Source: Octopus vulgaris (lineage: Eukaryota). Taken from it: 64,000 nt of DNA. The notes beneath the pieces are model-generated. The model had not been told where the DNA came from. It worked only from the letters and a program-made list of their open reading frames with translations, and did no database searches. This document shows positions 36,520-50,714 of this stretch, piece by piece. The stretch spans positions 96,782,001 to 96,846,000 of the forward strand of contig OX597816.1 of the NCBI GenBank assembly GCA_951406725.2, in the 5' to 3' direction. Numbering within the stretch: the first letter of the stretch is position 1; every line of letters begins with the position of its first letter. A program made the position numbers and the translations under genes.

Positions 36520-37520
36520 GTTACAAGAAACTTCAACATCAAGGGAGACATGGATAGGGGCCATGATCTCATATATGTTTTGATATCATATGAAGCACAT
36601 ATTAAGAAGCTGAAGCAACATCTGCAGCAGACGAACAAGATCAGAAACTATCGTGCCCAAGTTTGTAACCAAGAAATCAACAACATAATTAGGATAACTA
36701 ATGAACTTTAGGAGAGGCATGAAATAGGAGCTGATACAAATCTCTCCCCAACGAGCATTAATGAATTCTATCATGAAAAGAACAAAGTAAACAAATTAAC
36801 CCATTCACTTAGCATGAAAGACACAAACAAAATTAGTCATATCAAAAGCTTGATGCGGAGTGCTGACAAGTTTGACATCCAACTTTGAAGGCTACTTCTA
36901 TGCAATTCAAAAACAAAAGATTTCCACCAAGTAACTGCAGTATAAAAGGCAGAAAACACTGACAGACAAATATAGGCTGTGCAAAACCAACTACATTATT
37001 ACCAACTATGAGAGAATGTCTTCCAGATATTATCTTCCTATGAGGCACTCTGTAACAAGATAATAAAAAAGAAAACACTAACTGATAATATTGACTAAAT
37101 TGAGTCAAAAGAATATTGGTGGAATTTAAAAATTAACACAGCCATGAAGTTAAAACACAACAGGTATTGTCGTGTAGAATCACAAGAAAAAGATATGTTC
37201 TGTTGTGGAAGTCAGCTGCCTCTAGACATCAATGTAGTTAGAAAACTATAGGAAAAAGAGGACATCTATAGACCATTGATAAGGAGTTTGCACATCCAGT
37301 ACCCAATATACATTTTCTCCACCACCACTATTATTATTAATGGAGCAACAGGATATGTACCAAGCTAGCTGGAGCAAAGTATGGCTGAACTTGAGTTCAT
37401 GGGGGAGAGAATGCAACTCCTTAATGCATACACTACAATTGGTCACAATATATGGGACTATAAAAATCTGCAAGACCTTCTTGGGATTTAAAGGATGATG
37501 AATAAAACATGATGCTTTCC
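36520..37520 (+). mobile_element. Degenerate non-LTR retrotransposon 3' region with restriction-like endonuclease
   Basis: IVV*NHKKKICSVVEVSC / LDINVVRKL*EKEDIYRPL near 37165-37280 resembles the PD..(D/E) RLE domain. Confidence 0.65.
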
Positions 37521-39539
37521 TTCACAACCTTGTAATCAAAGATAACTTATACATACAGACATATATACATGTGACTCCTCCATCATCTCAGATGATTGAT
37601 ATATCTTCTTGTGCTTCTTTGTTGACAATAGCATTTCCAACTTTTTGTCCTCTCAGATGACTAGTCAATCCTGCTGCTTTGTAACTGATGCTTCTAGTTA
37701 TTAAGGTCTGCACACCTTACCACTCATTCATTACTATAGGACTTTCAGTAGATGGAATGACAAATGAGATCACCATAAAGAGACATCTATACATCATTGG
37801 ATAATAGTGATAAATGCTTGTATAACATGAGTACCACCCTCTGAGTTTCCATGATTAGTACCTAGAGACAGACTGATGTGAGATGATCAGTAATCATATG
37901 AAACTGCAGGTTTCGGAGAGTGTCCCCCTCCTAGAAAGATGCTATGATAACAGCTAAGGGAGGGAACTCCTAATACCTGGTGGTTATGATTTACATGCTA
38001 ATTAACCCATAGTTAAGAACCTGGCAAGTGCTGCTACTCTAAACCAAAATAGACCTGGGAACAATTGTGGCTAAGAGGTAGTTCTACACTCCTCAAATCC
38101 CTGAAACTCCTGAACCAGGGCCCCACTAGCAAATGCAGTTTAGGATCACACCAAGACATACATATTATCATCACAGTTATAGCTGCTTTTCCAGCTTTGC
38201 ATAGGTCAGGTGAGTTCTCTCCAATACAGTATTTTGCCACTTATAGCTCTATTTCATCATCTCCTTTAAGTGGTTCAACTTCCCAAAATCAATTTGTGCC
38301 ACACATAGTACTGTATTTCAATGGCATTAGTACAGGAAAGACTAGAGTACCTATAAAAGTCTTTTAAATACAGTTTTGAACTATTCTGTGTAATTACTTG
38401 AAGTAACCTAAAGATGTTAACTATATTTACACAAGTCCATTATGAAATAATTCTACTGAATTAGCATTTGAAAAACAGCATCACATTTAACATAAACTGA
38501 AACTTATTTCAATACTAATATTCATACTTTCTATGGTTTATGTGTATATATATTTGCATATATATAGATTACATTACCTTAATTCTACATATAACAATTA
38601 ATAATTACTGATGATGTGATTCTATACAATTAGTAAAGTCAAGTTTATTAATCATTTGACTGTGATTTCAATCAGACATGCTGAATATGCAGCCAAAGTG
38701 AAAGCTGAAGTCCTAGTCAGCACTAATATGAATGAGAGTGTGTGTTTGTGTGTATATGTGTGTGCGTGTGCACATGCATGCTTGTGTGTGCATGCATATG
38801 TGTAAAATTTTAATTTTGGTACAGATACTATAGGGCAGTTTTCTTTCTTTTTTAGAAGAGCAACCAAACATAGGGTTATGATTTTAAGATGCTAAGTCCA
38901 AAATTGAAATAGATATTTCCATGCAAAAAAAAGTGATAAATTGTATTCATCCTAATCACTATAAATTGCTTCATGTTAGTAATTTTATATATGAGTAATT
39001 ATAGTTATAAGTAATTCAATATTTGATTATAGTAAGAAAAGTTGATTTAGTTCTGTAAAACAGGGAAGTGGCAGATGATTTTGAAAGATTTTCTCTGCAA
39101 CTCAACTAAATATTAAAAATGTATTTTATTGCTTGGAAATTGAATCTTCAACTGACAGTAACCAATTAATTCAACCATTATAGCAATTTACTAAATCTAG
39201 TTTTTGAGGCCATTTGTTTTCTGAAAATAAATATTAATTAACCTCACAAATATATTGTTGTTTTTAAATATAGCTGTAACATAGTCTACCACAAGTTATT
39301 TAATAGTTTCACTTGTTACAGTTAAATTGCATTCACAGTTATAGGGAAAATAACTTGAAATTTTAAAGTATTATATAAAGATTATTTCATATGATGAGTT
39401 AGAAATACATTTAAGAAAATAGTCAGGTTTATAACTTAGCAAATTTCAATGTCTATGGAAGTTCTGTACATGCCTACCATTTCCCAATTTCTGATAATAT
39501 TCCATAATACTTTATTTACCTTAAATGAAACTACCTATA

Positions 39540-40700
39540 CCTTTTTGCAATTTAATGAGAACTTTTGAACAAGTGCACAAAGGTCTTCCAATCTAGGTTT
39601 CATCTTTGATAATCTGCATCATAAGTTATCCTCTAGTTAGAGTTGGTTTCTTAACTTGAATTTTTGTATTTGTTAGGACTGAAAACCCTGATTTACAAAG
39701 ATATCTTGTAGCAATGGAATGAAGCTTTTTGCTCCTAACATTCAACCAGAATGTACTATATATTCAATAATTTTAATGAAACTATATCAGTCATGTAATT
39801 TTGAACTTCTGTAAACTTTTCTTGTAATTTATTGATATTGACAAAATCTTCAAGCAAATTGGTAATGCCAGTACTAAATGGAATTCACACTCAATAGTAT
39901 TTCTTAAAATCTTCTGTTGGAATGCAGTTATTGAATTCCGTCATCAAATTTTGCTAGATGGTTCAATATAATATTCTGTATGCTATTAAGATTATTATAA
40001 TCTTATTTTAGTAGATCAAATGCTGGAAAAGATGCATTTATTTTCTCCATCAAACCAATAATTGTTTGTTCACAGCCTTTTAAAAAAGTTATTTGAGTCA
40101 TTCACAATCCAGAAAAATATCAGAAAGATAAGCTAATTGAAGCATCCACTTGAAATCTAAAAATCTTGTAGCTAAAGGATTTTCTCTTTTTTTTTCAGAT
40201 AATAAAATTTCTATTTCACTTTGTAATAGCATACCTCATTACAGAACCTTTCTGTAAAATAACTATCTGAACTCGGAGCAGATAGTTCATATGCTCATAT
40301 TTACAACTGACTGAAGAACAAAAATCACTGAAGAGTCTATCTATTATTGAGGGATTTTTAACAATGTTATTCTTCATTAAACCCAATTCCAATATACTTT
40401 TGAAGTAAGATTTTTCTCTACAAAGAAAAGAAAACTTTAAAATGTGGATTAATTTTCCTTGTTTTGGGGCAAAACCCATGACAATTTCCAAGCATTAGGA
40501 TGTACTATCAGTTCATATGCCGAAATATTCATTCCATTTTAATTACTCTTTATTAGAAATGGAATCTATCAATTCAAAAGTATTATTTCCCATAGCTGAA
40601 GTAGAAAATGATTTGCAGAATAAAATGTTCTCTTCCACACTTTTTCATTAGGATAGCACATATAAACCAGATGGGCATCTTTAAGTACAACTTTTGATTC
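39540..40700 (-). mobile_element. Highly degenerate hAT (Buster/ZBED-like) transposase remnant
   Basis: IATRYLCKSGFSVLT (hAT dimerisation TYLCESGFS motif) near 39680-39720; RLFSDFC segment in ORF 40216-40491. Confidence 0.65.
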
Positions 40701-42681
40701 ATCCCCACAAATTATATCATTTGACTATGAAATATACTGTAAGTTCTTAGCAAAATCCTTTTGACATATAATACAAATCACATCAATGGCTGGTGGTTTT
40801 ATAGAAATTTTCTCCAAATGTAGGAGATTTTTTTTAATTCTCTTATCCACCTAGAAACACAATATAACATCTATGGAATGTTTGCATAGAAAATTCAGTT
40901 CTATTATTTGAACTACTTAAATGTTTTCACTTCAGTTTCTTTTCCTTTTTATATAAAATCTTTGAATTTCATCTCCAGGTGCCTTCAAATTTATTGTTTC
41001 AATGTGTCATTACTTAACACTTCACAATATATCATCACACACTACTTCAACCATTCAATGTATAATAATACATAGCTATATATTTAAAAATTGATGAGTA
41101 TATTCACATTCTGACAATGAGATATGAGTTAACAGTCATATATAATTATAGACTTATTAACTGATATAAAGCAAATTTTAAAATATTTATATATTGATAG
41201 CTCCTTTCATCACAAAACTGACTTAGAGATTAGTTATGATATTACCGTTGTATAAATCAGCCAAATTCACATTAAAAAATAAGGTCAGATAGAGCCAGCC
41301 ATACATACTTAAAGCTATGGATACCATCCAAGCCTACACTGTAGAAAATATAAAAATTTCCTAAAAAGTTATTTTTCATAATTTCATGTTTTTCTATTAA
41401 ATATATAAATTGCAAAAAATAAATGTATGAACATTAAACAAGTAAGATAATGACAACAAATATCAGACGAACTTTTTTTTGCTATTCTAGCTGTTTAATA
41501 TCTAGTTATTTTTTAACTGTGATTTTCTGTTCATCATTTTGGGAAAAATCAAAGAGTAAATAGATTTTTAATATTTACCAAATACATTATAATGAAATAA
41601 GTCAAAAATAACAGTAACAACAACTGACTGGAAAATTTTGTACATTTTTAACAAAAAGAAAATACTTTATGACCCACGGAAAACATTGGTAACCCTACTT
41701 TGGATTGTGCTCCTGAAGTTAAAAAAAACATTAAGCTTCTAAATTGGTAATAAAATAAAATTTACTTTACTGGAGCTGATTATGTTCTTGCTTACAAAAT
41801 GGGTTACATAGCTTGATTAAACAATCTTGATATGCATTTTGTACTTATACACACAAACACAGAAGCTGCATGCACCAACAACAGACACAACAGTGTATAC
41901 ATACACACATACAAAAACACATTCGTATTAAAGAGATAATAATATCTTAATATTGCATTTTCTTAAAACAGAAACAGATAAATAAAAAAAACTAATTTCA
42001 ACATTGATAAGTCAATTATAAAGGGAATATTTCATAAGTTTTCTGCTATATCTATTAAGAGTTCAATTTGTGCAGCTGTTATTAAGTGACACAAAAATTT
42101 CTTTCTGATGCTATAGAAACGTGATCTTTTTTGATTAAGCCCAAGTCTTGAAAGTCGTGTTTTATGCTACTTTCTTTTCAAAAGATTATTACTTAATTAT
42201 GCAAACATGATTAATTCTTTGCTTTGTGTGGCTTAAATTACAAAGGAAGTCATTTTACCTTGAATAAGACCTCAGTCTATAGTGTTCTCAAAATAATTTG
42301 CTATCTATTTTTGTTATATCTAAATAAAGAGAGATATACAGATGTAACCATTCTGCTTCGCAGCACAACAAAAATACCTCTATTGAAAATAAACTTAAGA
42401 CCTATGAACTACTAGTGCAGCATAATATACAACTAACCATTTTGAATGAACTAAAAACAACACAGCTACAGTATCTTATGATGTAATCCAAAGTCATAAC
42501 GTAGAAAACAAAAAGCAAAAAATAAATGAAGAATGAGGAGAGTGGGATGACTGTGTATTTTTGAGTTAGTGAAGACTAGAAGACAGATAGACATGGGGAT
42601 ATTTGTGCTAGTAATGGTATTTGTATGAACATTATATCTAAGATATGTTTAGTTGTTTATCCTAATTTAAGTGGTACTTAC

Positions 42682-42826
42682 CAGATTCTATTGAAATTGT
42701 TTCAATAACACTTGCATCCATTGAAAAGCTCTGGGAATTATCTGAGTGGCTTAATGGATTGGAGTCATTAAGTGTTTCCCCTGTCCATGTCTCTATTGTG
42801 TTATTCAAGCCAACAACTTGAACATG
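42682..42826 (-). CDS. M1AP: M1AP-like internal exon, 145 nt, phase 0-1
   Basis: ttttgttaag|CATGTT...GAATCTG|gtaagt. Encodes HVQVVGLNNTIETWTGETL...DASVIETISIES, colinear with recalled human RFQVVEV...IDLQTIDN. Confidence 0.85.
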
Positions 42827-43331
42827 CTTAACAAAAAATAAATAAATATATAAGCAAAACATACAGAAGAAAAAACAAAAGAATAATTGAAATAAAAATT
42901 TTATTTTACATGTCAAGAGCCTAGAAGAAATACTGAAAAATATCTGTTATTGGAAGTATTTTCAATTGAAAATAAAAATTACAACACGTTTATATTTAAT
43001 ATTAACTCACAATTATCAGCACAAAATGGATTTATTATATAATTCAAAATAAATTTCTACATAGTTATATATTGGAATTTTGAGCATCAGAAGTTTATGT
43101 GATCTCACTGGAAAAACTACGTGTAAGATTTTGTAATGGTATCACAAAGAGGAATAAACTGGGTTTGTCTGAAGATTCAGGACACAACTTTCCGAGATAA
43201 GATAATCTGTCAAGTTTTAAATGAAAATTAGCTTAATATGTTTCCTAATGTATTGGTATAACAATGCTTTTAAATTCATTCCCTCAAAATTCCTTACATT
43301 CATCCCTACAATGTAACTGATGAACAAACAT

Positions 43332-44160
43332 TTAATAATAATGAAGTTATTGTATACAGTGCTCAGGTGCACCACAACTTGTCAGAAAGTGCATATAAAG
43401 TACATGCAGTAATGTAAAAATGTCTGGAAAGCGAACAATGTATGAGTCAGATACATGCTTGTGTGTGTATGGGGGGGAGAAAATCAGGTGTAGTGTTGGC
43501 GAATCTCAGAAAGCATGGAAGTTTTGAAGGATGCAGTGCTCCGACAACTAACAACTGATGCCGGCAGTTTGTTCCACACTTCAGTAACTCTCAGCGTGAA
43601 AAAATGTTTCCTGAAGTCATGGGAGCAGTGCTGTTTTCTGACTTTGTAAATATGTCTACAGGTGTTAGATGGGTGGAGTTTGAAAAGGTGCTCAGAGTTA
43701 TTGTTTGTAAGATGGTTAATAATTTTATGGGTGTCTGCCAAGTCAGCTGCCAGACGTCAGAGTTTCAATGTGTCCATGCCCAGGGAAGTAAGGTGTTCAC
43801 GATATGGCAAATGCCTGATGGAGAGTATTCTTTTGGTTGCACGTCACTGAACGGCTTCCAGACGATTGATATCCTGGGTAAGATAGGGGTTCCAGACCGG
43901 TGATGCAAATTCCAGGTGAGGTCTTACCATAGCTATATAAAGCCGCAGATAGATAGCCGGAGAGCAGCTCACAAAGGATTTGGTGAGTGATGCCAAGACA
44001 CCCTCAGCCTTCTTGACAATTTTAGCGATGTGTTTTGTCCAACGCAAATCACTGTCGACAATAACACCCAGGTCACGTTCACATGAAGACTTTTTGAGAC
44101 TAGTGTTGTGGAGGGAGTAGGTGGACGCTGGGTTTCTCCTCCCAAAATGCATGGTGGTAA
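43332..44160 (-). mobile_element. 5'-truncated CR1-clade LINE (RT C-terminus, 3' UTR, (ATT)n tail)
   Basis: ERDLGVIVDSDL, LYIAMVRPHLEFASPVWNPY, LEAVQ.RATK, FFTLRVTEVWNKLP. Confidence 0.92.
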
Positions 44161-44356
44161 TACACAATGTACTTAGAACATCTTAACAGTTTCTATAGAA
44201 ATAACTGCTTAGTTTTTCTTCTGCTTTGATTTTTTAAAATATATCTACGTGCATTTTTACAAGTGTAACAATAGCAATAATAATGATCTATTGATTACCT
44301 TTACATAATAAATTACCTATTTCAATCAATGTAATTAAATTTCACTGATCTTGGTA

Positions 44357-45646
44357 TGAGGGACATTCAATAAGTAATGCCTCTGACCCACTTGCAGTTG
44401 TTTGATCTAGCTGAAATTTTGCATGTGCAATCATTTATATCTCTATAGAGTAAGTCGCAAATCATAGCTCTGAACTAATTGCAGTTTCTGATTTACAGGT
44501 GTTTGAACTGAGTCAAGTGTGAAACGGAGCCTGTTGAGTGTCGAGCAGTGATCCGGTTTTCGTATTTGAAAGGACGCACACCACGGGAGACTTTTGATGA
44601 AATGAAAGTAACTTATGGTAATGATGCCCCATCATATGACCTTGTAAAACGCTGGCATCGTGAATTCAAACATGGTCGGAACTCTGTGGAAACAGCTCCC
44701 AGATCTGGTCGCCCCCTTCTGCCATTGATGAGGCCTCTGTCCGTCAAGTTGAGGCTGCCATTTTGGAAGATCGACGCATAATTATTCGCCAAATAGCCCA
44801 TGAGGTCAAGATTAGTACCGGGTCTGTGGAAACTATCATTCATGACCATTTGCATATGCAAAAGGTGTCTGCCAGATGGATTCCCAGGTTGCTCACGCCT
44901 TTCCAGAAGCAAGAACGCGTCGAGTGCTCGAGGGTGAATTTGGAGATGTGCCAAGAAGATGAGTCAAAATTTTTCAAAAGACTGATTACACAGGATGAAA
45001 CCTGGGTCTATCACGATGATCCAGAGGCCAAATCCCAGTCAATGCAGTGGAAGCACCGTGACTCACCCCCTCCAAAGAAGGCAAGAGTGCAGCCCTCCGC
45101 TGGCAAGGTCATGCTCACAGTCTTCTGGGACCAGGACGGAGTAGTGATGACAGATTTCCTGGCAAAGGGTACCACAATTGCAGGAGCCTATTATGCTTCA
45201 CTTTTGAGGAAATTAAGAGAAGTTATCAAAATCAAGAGGCGGGGCAAGATCAGCAAAGGCATCCTCCTCCTGCAGGACAACGCTCCGGTCCACAACTCGC
45301 TTGTCGCCAGATCAGAAGCACAGGCGTATGGCTATGAACTCCTCCCCATCCCCCTACTTTCCTGACCTTGCACCCTCTGATTTTCACCTCTTCCCAATCA
45401 TGAAGTTGTTTTTGAAAAGAAAGCGTTTCCCAGATGATGCAGCCTTGATTTCTGAAGTCACGTTGAGGTTGGAGGACCAAGCTGGGTTCTTCTACAAAAA
45501 CGGTCTCCAGAGCCGCATCAAACAATGGGAGAAATGCGTAACTCTGGCTGGTTCCTATGTAGAAAAAGACTAATAACTGTGCCAAGTTTCGTTGCTCTAC
45601 TGCTATGGGAAGTGGGTCAGGGGCATTACTTATTGAACGCCCTTCG
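44357..45646 (+). mobile_element. Full-length mariner (irritans-like), 1290 bp, transposase with two frameshifts
   Basis: About 37-bp TIRs (..AATAAGTAATGCC.CTGACCCACTT), TA TSD, WIPRLL, TQDETW, QDNAP, PYFPDLAPSDF (D,D34D); start codon mutated to ACG. Confidence 0.96.
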
Positions 45647-48600
45647 TATATGTAACAAAACACATACTCACAGATATACACACTCTCACACAAATACATG
45701 CACATTCTCCTACACACACACACATTTGAATATATTAGAAATGTTTTTTCTTTCACAGTTTTATACTAGAAGCATGACTATATACCAGCTGAATCATTTC
45801 TATTAGAGTTTTTCTTATTTCTGCATATCTTACAGTTTGGAACAATGAAAGTCTGAAATATGCTGTTGTCAGTATCCTTAGTATGATCATTAGGATATAA
45901 AGTGTTGCTGGTTTCAGTATTGTCCATTTTATAATGGGCAATTTTTATTTATGCAGACTGTAATTTTAGCATCTGACTTAGAGTTTCAAATTAACAGGCA
46001 TGTGTTTGGCTTCCAAGATTACATATCATCAGTCACATGTATTTAAAGGGAAAAATTTGACAAGTCATTCAGTCACAGCTGACACTCGCTGACGACACAT
46101 CAAAGAGGTCAGGGAACAGAAGAAAGAAGACATGCACCCAACACCAGAGCTGAAGGCACCTCCAAAAGGAGTGGGAGCTGCCACGTCAAAACGTTAGAGG
46201 AGTAGGGGCCGAAACCGGATGTGGTTCCTCCTGATGACGTCTTGAGCTAACTGGATCCTATAAAGGAGCTGTTGTAGTAGCAGACCATGAAACACGGTTG
46301 TAATTCCTCAGATACTGACTGCAGGGAAAGACTTACTGACAATCCAGAAAAAGGGATGACAAAGCGGAGAGACGCTTGACGGTACAACAGTGTAACAAAG
46401 GATCAAATGGGCTTGCAGCCCGATCCGGGGTAAAATTGCAACGAAAAAACATGGGAAATCATGCCCCCATGATTCCGGACCACGGGGGGAGAATAAAGGA
46501 TCAAATGGGGATGGAAAAAAACAAAATGGACTTGGACCGGAAATGGAAAATGAGAAAGGAAATGTAGATGAGGAGTTCAGCTGCTGCAGTGGTACGTGAA
46601 AAACAACATTCAAGCAAGGGCGTTGCCAGTGTCACTGGACTGGCTCCTGTGCAGGTGACATGTAAACACACCATTTGACTGACTGGCCCTCATGCCGGTG
46701 GCACATAAAAGCACCCACTACACGCTCAGAGTTGTTGGTGTTAGGAAGGGCATCCAGCTGTAGAAACTCTGCCAGATCAGATTGGAGCTTGGTGCAGCCA
46801 TCTGGCTCACCAGTCCCCAGTCAAATCGTACAACCCATGCCAGCATGGAAAGCGGACATTAAATGAAGATGATGATTAATAAGCTTTTTGTTTTTGTATG
46901 TACCAGTTGTGTGCGTCACACTTACTTCAAAGAAGTGGCAAAGTGAGAGAGTGGAGGACAGAGAGGAAGTAAGAGAGAGAGAGAGCGAGAGAGAGTGAGA
47001 GAGAAAGTAAGAGATTAGAGAGAAAGTGAGTGAGAAAGAGAGAGTGAAAGAGACAGTGAGTGATGACAGCGTTTGTTTTGTGCTTTTAAATGTTTCAGAG
47101 AGGAAGTAAGAGAGAGAGAGAGAGAGAGAGTTAAAGAGACAGTGAGTGGTGACAGTGTTCATTTTGTTTTTTTAAATGTTTCAGAGAGGACGTAAGAGAG
47201 AAGGAAAGAGGGTGAGAGAGAGAAAGAGAGAAAAAGTGAGAAAAGGTGAGAGAGAGAAAGACAGTGAGTGGTGATGGCATTCGTCACAAGAGAAGTAGAT
47301 ACATAGATACATATACACATTGTTAAATCAAAAGTGGGAGAGAAGAGGAACACAAAGGAAGTGAAAGAGAAAGAGAGAAAGCAGATACATAAATCCAAAG
47401 AAAAGTTCATACATTACCACATGACAATAAAATTAACTCACAAATGGCTGAGTACTCCACAGACATGCATAACATTAACGTAGTTCTCAGGGAGATTCAG
47501 CCTTAAACAGAATATGACAAGGCTGGCCCCTTTGAATTACAGCTACAATGCAAGACAATATATATATGACAGGACTGAGTGGTGACTCAAAGGAAAGTGG
47601 TATTTGTTTTGTGTTTTCAACCACAGCAAATATTGGATACTGTATCCTGAATAAAAACTGTCTAAATCATTCTTATATGTTTTTCACTTGAAACACTGAA
47701 TCATTTTGCACATTTATTGTTTTAATAGTAAGAGAAAAACTGAGAGAGAAAGAGCTTGAAGACACAACTAAAACAATTTCAGTCAATTTCTTTATTAACC
47801 ATGAGGTTGAGAAAAAGAGGAGGCGATACAAAGACATCACAGACTGGAATTGTTTTTCGGTCATGTTATTCTTTGCTCCAATGTGAAAGATTGTTTTTGT
47901 ACTGAAGATTGTGAACATTTACCGTTTTGGTCGTCAAGACCACTTCTTTTCTGCTGCTACAGCAGAATTTTGCTGTTGTTTCCCCCCTTGTTTCAAGGAG
48001 GAAACAGCTAAAAACATGAATTTGTTACCAATTTCTTGCGCATCCGAGGAAAACATTGAAATTTTGTTTCAAGGCATAGAGAGGAGTATGAGAGAGGAGA
48101 GCGGTAAAGATATAGAAGCATCGCACATGCTCGCTACAAAGGCAGATGATAAAATGTCTAGCAAGGCTACACAAGACGAAAAATCTAGAGTTAATCTTTT
48201 GAATGCAGCAACTAGCTTATTGAAATAAACAAGGACAATTTAAAAAAATATCAAAGTTTACTACAAAAGGAAGGTGAAAATGGGAAATTGCTCCCTCCCA
48301 GTGAATTAATCAAAACAATTCCAGTCAATTTCTTTATTAACCATGAGGTTGAGAAAAAGAGGGGACGATATGAGGACAGACAAAACAAACATTGGGGTCA
48401 GGGTACCGAATGAGATGAAACGTATGACTAAACAAACAACTAAAATATATACAATTAAATGAGAATGTGTGATTTACAAAAAATGAAGTGGAGGACATGG
48501 TCGACCCCACAAACCACATACTCACACTGAAGACTATGCTTTCTCCTTCTTGTATTCTCGTTTAAACAGGTTCTTTCACTTGCAACATACTTGCTATAGA

Positions 48601-48871
48601 CTTCCATCTTTTATGAAACACACTTTGTGACAGGCATTTCTTCTACAGCCTTATTTTCCGTTTCATGTGGAAAATGAAAAAGTCAATTAGCTCGAGACTG
48701 GAGATGAACATGCCTGTTGCAATTCCTTTCACTCTCATCTTCCATACTACCTATTTCACAAAAGCAACTACCGAGAGAAAACAGGCTCACTCCTCCCTAT
48801 TCAGGGAGTAAGATCAGAAGCCATGAGAGCTACTGCCAAGTACTGCATTAATTATTATTATTATTATTATT

Positions 48872-49075
48872 AAGTTGGCAAGCACGCAGATTCATCATCA
48901 CATTCGACTAAATGTTTAGTAGCATTTCTTCCTGTCTTTTGCAACTTGAGTTCAAATGCTGCTGAAGACAACTGTGTCTTTCATCCTTCTTGAGTCAATA
49001 AAATAAGCACTAGTTCAGCAGAGGTCAACTTTGCTTTTCATCTTTCTGGGTCAATAAAATAAGGTAACAGTCTAT
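48872..49075 (+). mobile_element. tRNA-derived SINE family 2; other copies 53473-53690 (+), 58740-59105 (-), 10420-10560 (-)
   Basis: Shared tgagttcaaat...ggtcaactttgc.tttcatc..tt.ggg.t.gataaaataag core; the 48872 and 53473 copies follow (ATT)n. Confidence 0.7.
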
Positions 49076-50714
49076 ATTATGAACAACCACTCGGCTTCAT
49101 AATCCAAATTATTATGCTTATTGTTGTTATCTGAGTTTACCATGGACAGACAGGTTTTTTTTTACTCCATGCAATTTGGATTTTTCTAAGAGTAATAAAA
49201 GAAAACATTTTTTAAATATTTTCTGAAGAGAACCCTTCAGGAACATTCTGGAAGTCTTTCGCATGCTGAGGGAGGAATATCTGGACATTTTAGATGTAAT
49301 TTTATTGTGTTTACATTAAACCTAAGATAAACAGTTCCCAATTATAGAAGTAAATTGAACAGCACAAGGAAAAATAGTAATGACCCTTTGACACATAACA
49401 ATGACATCAATTCAAAACACTTCAAGGTTAATAACAACAACAATGTATGTACACAAAAATACATTTTACCAAACAAACAAATGGTAAAAGAATGGGGTAT
49501 TTTTGTGTGTGGACATTCAACAAGGAACAAAAATTAATGACTTTTTAACAGATAACAGTGACATTAATTTAAAACATTCAAATTCTAAGAAAAGCAACAA
49601 TGTATGTGTACAAAAATACATTTCACCAAATGAACAAAGCATAAAAAATATCATAATGGATAGAATCACAAAAGAAATTCAGGAGAATAACAATAATAGG
49701 TCTATCTCTTAACTACTATATTTGTTCACTGCAGGCAAACTAATGGACAGAATCACAAAAATACAAAAAAAGTATTCAGGAGTATAACAATACTAGGCCT
49801 ATCTCTCAACTACACAATTTCTTCTCCTGAATCGCTACTTTCCTCATCACTTTCACCAATTTGATTGTCTGAATTACTCTCATTCCCAGCATAAGTATAA
49901 ATCATTCACCTGAAGAATAAATATTATCAATAATTTCCACAAATGCAAAGAGTCTAGGCCTTGCTAATTTACTAGATGAAGTGCTGGATTCATCACATGC
50001 TTGTTTCACTTTTTTTTTTAAAAATCAAAAGTAAACAGCTGTGAGGGACATCATTAACAATGAGTCATAAACACACTTGACTACAAAGCTGTAATATGAT
50101 CAGTTGTCTATTTTTAGCAATTTATCTTCTTTTTCTATATGTTGCTGATGATGATGATATTTATTATTATTACTGAGTGAGAGAGCAATGCATGCCATCA
50201 AAATGACAATAGGGTCCAAAATATACAAAACCCAATATACCCATTATGACTACGCGTCAGAAAAGGGTACACCAGGAATATGCATCACAACCATATTTGC
50301 ATGACATGGTTACCGTAAATCAAGATAAACAGTGCATGATCTTGCCGGTGGGGCCCCAGTTAGAATTTTCTTCTGGTTAAGTAGACCATCCTACTCAAGA
50401 GGTCCCTAAATGAGGGTTGTTTAAGGATGATGAACAAAACACCCATTTTTCCAGAGGTGAAATATTCAAATTCCAAAGAATTCCTCCCAACACATGGCTA
50501 TGATGCTCCCCCACTATTTCTTCTCATGATCAGAGATGCATATATTGTCAACCACTAAGGGATATGCTAAACTGGTTATGGTCAAGCAATTGACAAACAA
50601 ATCTGTGGTATTGAGCAGAATATTTTCTGTAACCCATCATTTTATACCAAGATATGATAACACTTCCTATCAGTTAAAATCAAAAGCCACAAGAGCCACT
50701 GCCTCTTACTGTAT

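Noticed and set aside
49880-49909. Possible M1AP exon VNDLYLCWE*
   Set aside because: Good acceptor but immediate stop; M1AP homology continues directly from 53879 to 42826.
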